Of a stretch of 64,000 nucleotides of DNA, positions 61,913 to 64,000 are shown one piece after another. Numbering within the stretch: position 1 is the stretch's first letter; each line of letters begins with the position of its first letter. Under the pieces are notes generated by a model, which was not told the origin of the DNA, searched no databases, and worked only from the letters and a program-made list of their open reading frames with translations. The position numbers and the translations under genes were made by a program. This DNA comes from an uncultured Chloroflexia bacterium. GTDB taxonomy: Bacteria; Chloroflexota; Limnocylindria; QHBO01. The stretch covers positions 48,658-112,657 of the forward strand of contig CAVPGY010000007.1 in the NCBI GenBank assembly GCA_963704115.1, in the 5' to 3' direction.

Positions 61913-63524
61913 ATGAGCCGATACGTCCACGGCTCCACGAGACTTATCGATACCCAAAGCCCGCTCTTGGCTCAATCGCCGAAGATGCGGCGGAGTATCG
62001 AAACTTCTTCGAGGTCACTCGCTGGCCCAACTGGCCCGGACTGCGACTCGCTGGACGGGCGCAGCTTGAGCGCGGAATTGACGCCATTACATCGATCGTC
62101 GCCCCTGACGGGGAGAGACGACCTGCGATTCTGATAGGCATCAACCCGCACAAGGCTGGGTCAGATTGGACGCCTTGGCACGACGAGATCGATCCGCGTA
62201 GCGGGTTCGTCCGCTACTACGGAGACAATAAGCCTGGGTATCGCCAAGACCCCATGCTGACTAGCGGGAATCGGGCCCTGGTCGGCCAGCAGAGCTTGCA
62301 TGCAGCGGAAAGCCCGTCGCTCCGCGTAAGGGCGGCGCCATTACTGTTCTTCGAAAACGTGATTCAGGAGGGCCGCAGCAAGGGCTATCGGCGATTTCGC
62401 GGAATTGGCTTGCTGGACCGAGTCGAGCGCGTCGTTCAAGTCGACCGCCACAGCGTTCCCTTCTTGAACTACCGCTACGACTGCATGATCCTGCGGTTGG
62501 ACGCGGAAAGTAACGAGCTCAACTGGGAATGGATCGCCGCACGACGAGATCCGTCTAAGACAGCGGCTGAAGCGTCCGCACTAGCGCCGGAGTCTTGGAG
62601 GCGGTGGGTCACGCAGGGCCCGGCCGCGGGCGAGACGATCCGCCAACGCCTGTTGACATACCGGACCATGAAGGAGCACGAACAGCGGCCAGAACCGAAG
62701 TCGCCGGCGCATGAGGCTCTTCTTGCGATCCTAGCGTTCTACGCGACGCGAAAGGCTCGGTTCGAGGCACTGGCGGAGCGCATCGCCCAAGCCGCCCTCA
62801 AGTCAACGGGCGCCTATCGCACCGGTTGGCTAACATCATCCGTCGGCTCGCTCCGGCGTGGCCGTCAGGCCGAGAAGCTCGCGCGGTCAAGGGTCGAGGA
62901 TCAGGCGAGCAAGCGCATGTGGACTTGTCGGTCGCCTCGATCTTCGGGGATCACGCCCACCCCTTGCGCGTGTGATTGGACGCTTGCGAACACATGGCGC
63001 CACCGCTCTGGCCGGGCGCCACCAACGTAGAGCTCGCCAAATCCGGGATCGATGAGGACTTCCCGGTAGGTCCGCAGTGATTGTTCAAGGATCTCGCGCA
63101 TGCGCACAAACAGCAGCGACGGCTTCGGGTCGTCGCAGGACAGGCCAAGTGCCAACTCGGAGCAACGGGAGTTGCCGCGTCCCCCTCGCGTTAGCTACCG
63201 CGGTTGGGTGGCGCATGGACCTGGCGCTCTGCCTCAATCGCATCCAGCATTTCCTGCTGATACGGATACGGTCTGACTTCGAGACCTGACAGGATGGCGG
63301 GAGTGTTCGTGACCACGGGTCACTTCTCTGAGCCAGCTCAACGCGAGCTACAGGACGATGGCTACCCAATCCTCCTTATCCATGGGCGCGCCGTAGCGGA
63401 CATTGTCATGCGGGAGGCAGTGCAAATCGGCAGCACAGTTCTTGAGTACCTCGAACTCGTCGACGCTTCGTACGAGGAGCGCATCCGGGCGCGCACACCC
63501 GCGCAGATATTGAGCGACGAGTAG
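61913..63524 (+). pseudogene. AspBHI/Mrr-like modification-dependent restriction endonuclease, disrupted
   Basis: TPWHDE, YYGDNK, GNRAL, APLLFF, KGYRRFRG, NYRYD N-terminal domain; scattered VD-VGRLDL, VVAGQAKC, GVFVTTGHFSEPAQ; visibly less GC-biased than flanks. Confidence 0.7.
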
Positions 63525-63704
63525 TTGTTTGCGCAGGTCTGGCACTAGCGGCCACCCCTGGCTGTTAGTCCCAAGCGTGTCCCCGCCGTGTGCGCGGGGC
63601 GCACCAGACGGACACCGCCGAGGCCGAATCGGGCCGTCGTTGGCCGTTATGTGCTCCCCAGGCACAGCCAACGGCGGCCCGCAGCCCGGGCGCCGCTCAC
63701 CGCC

Positions 63705-64000
63705 TCAGCCGGCCACCTTCCGCAGGACCGCTCTGGCGGCGGCGATCGTCTCGTCCACGTCGTCATCGGTGAAGGCGAGGTTGAGGCGCGCATCGGTGAT
63801 GACGTACGGCGGCAGCAGGATCGCGGCGTCGAGCATGCCGACCCGGAAGGCCTCGCCGAGCTCGAAATCGGCGTCCACGGCCTGGCGGAAGGTGACCGGC
63901 GGATCGGGACGCCAGTTGATGATCCAGCCCGAGCCGATGCCGGTGACGTTGGCCGCCACGCCGGCATCGCGGAGCTCCCGCGTCAGTCCGTCGCGCAGGC
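63705..64000 (-). CDS. C-terminus of a class III aminotransferase (GSA aminomutase-like), truncated by window edge
   Basis: LRDGLTRELR...GIGS...LNLAFTDDDVDETIAAA. Confidence 0.65.
   Translation of the reverse strand, partial: LRDGLTRELRDAGVAANVTGIGSGWIINWRPDPPVTFRQAVDADFELGEAFRVGMLDAAILLPPYVITDARLNLAFTDDDVDETIAAARAVLRKVAG

Overview
High-GC bacterial chromosome segment. Its gene content (PAC2 chaperone, zinc-ribbon/cyclase/AAA/TPR proteins, dynamin-like pair) suggests Chloroflexota or Actinomycetota; this is an inference. The first ~42 kb is mostly ordinary: a polyamine ABC/aminotransferase/GcvT-like/oxidoreductase locus, peptidase, VWA protein, MerR regulator with a textbook 19-bp-spacer promoter, GNATs, two DEAD-box helicases, UvrD, a UvrA-like ATPase and a dynamin-like GTPase pair. 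A ~51-bp-period palindromic repeat array that switches orientation mid-array lies at 32.8-33.3 kb. The most striking signal is in 42.7-61.7 kb: eight copies of a 139-140 bp element with fixed length, fixed box spacing and variable inter-box sequence. Seven copies sit just downstream of a co-oriented gene, and five of the seven intervals between copies hold exactly one gene. This resembles an integron-like cassette array, but the sites do not fit the attC consensus and no recombinase is in the window. A disrupted, lower-GC AspBHI/Mrr-like restriction gene follows the last copy. Many genes after 33 kb carry single-base frameshifts, probably assembly errors. No rRNA, tRNA, CRISPR, cas, integrase or transposase was recognised.
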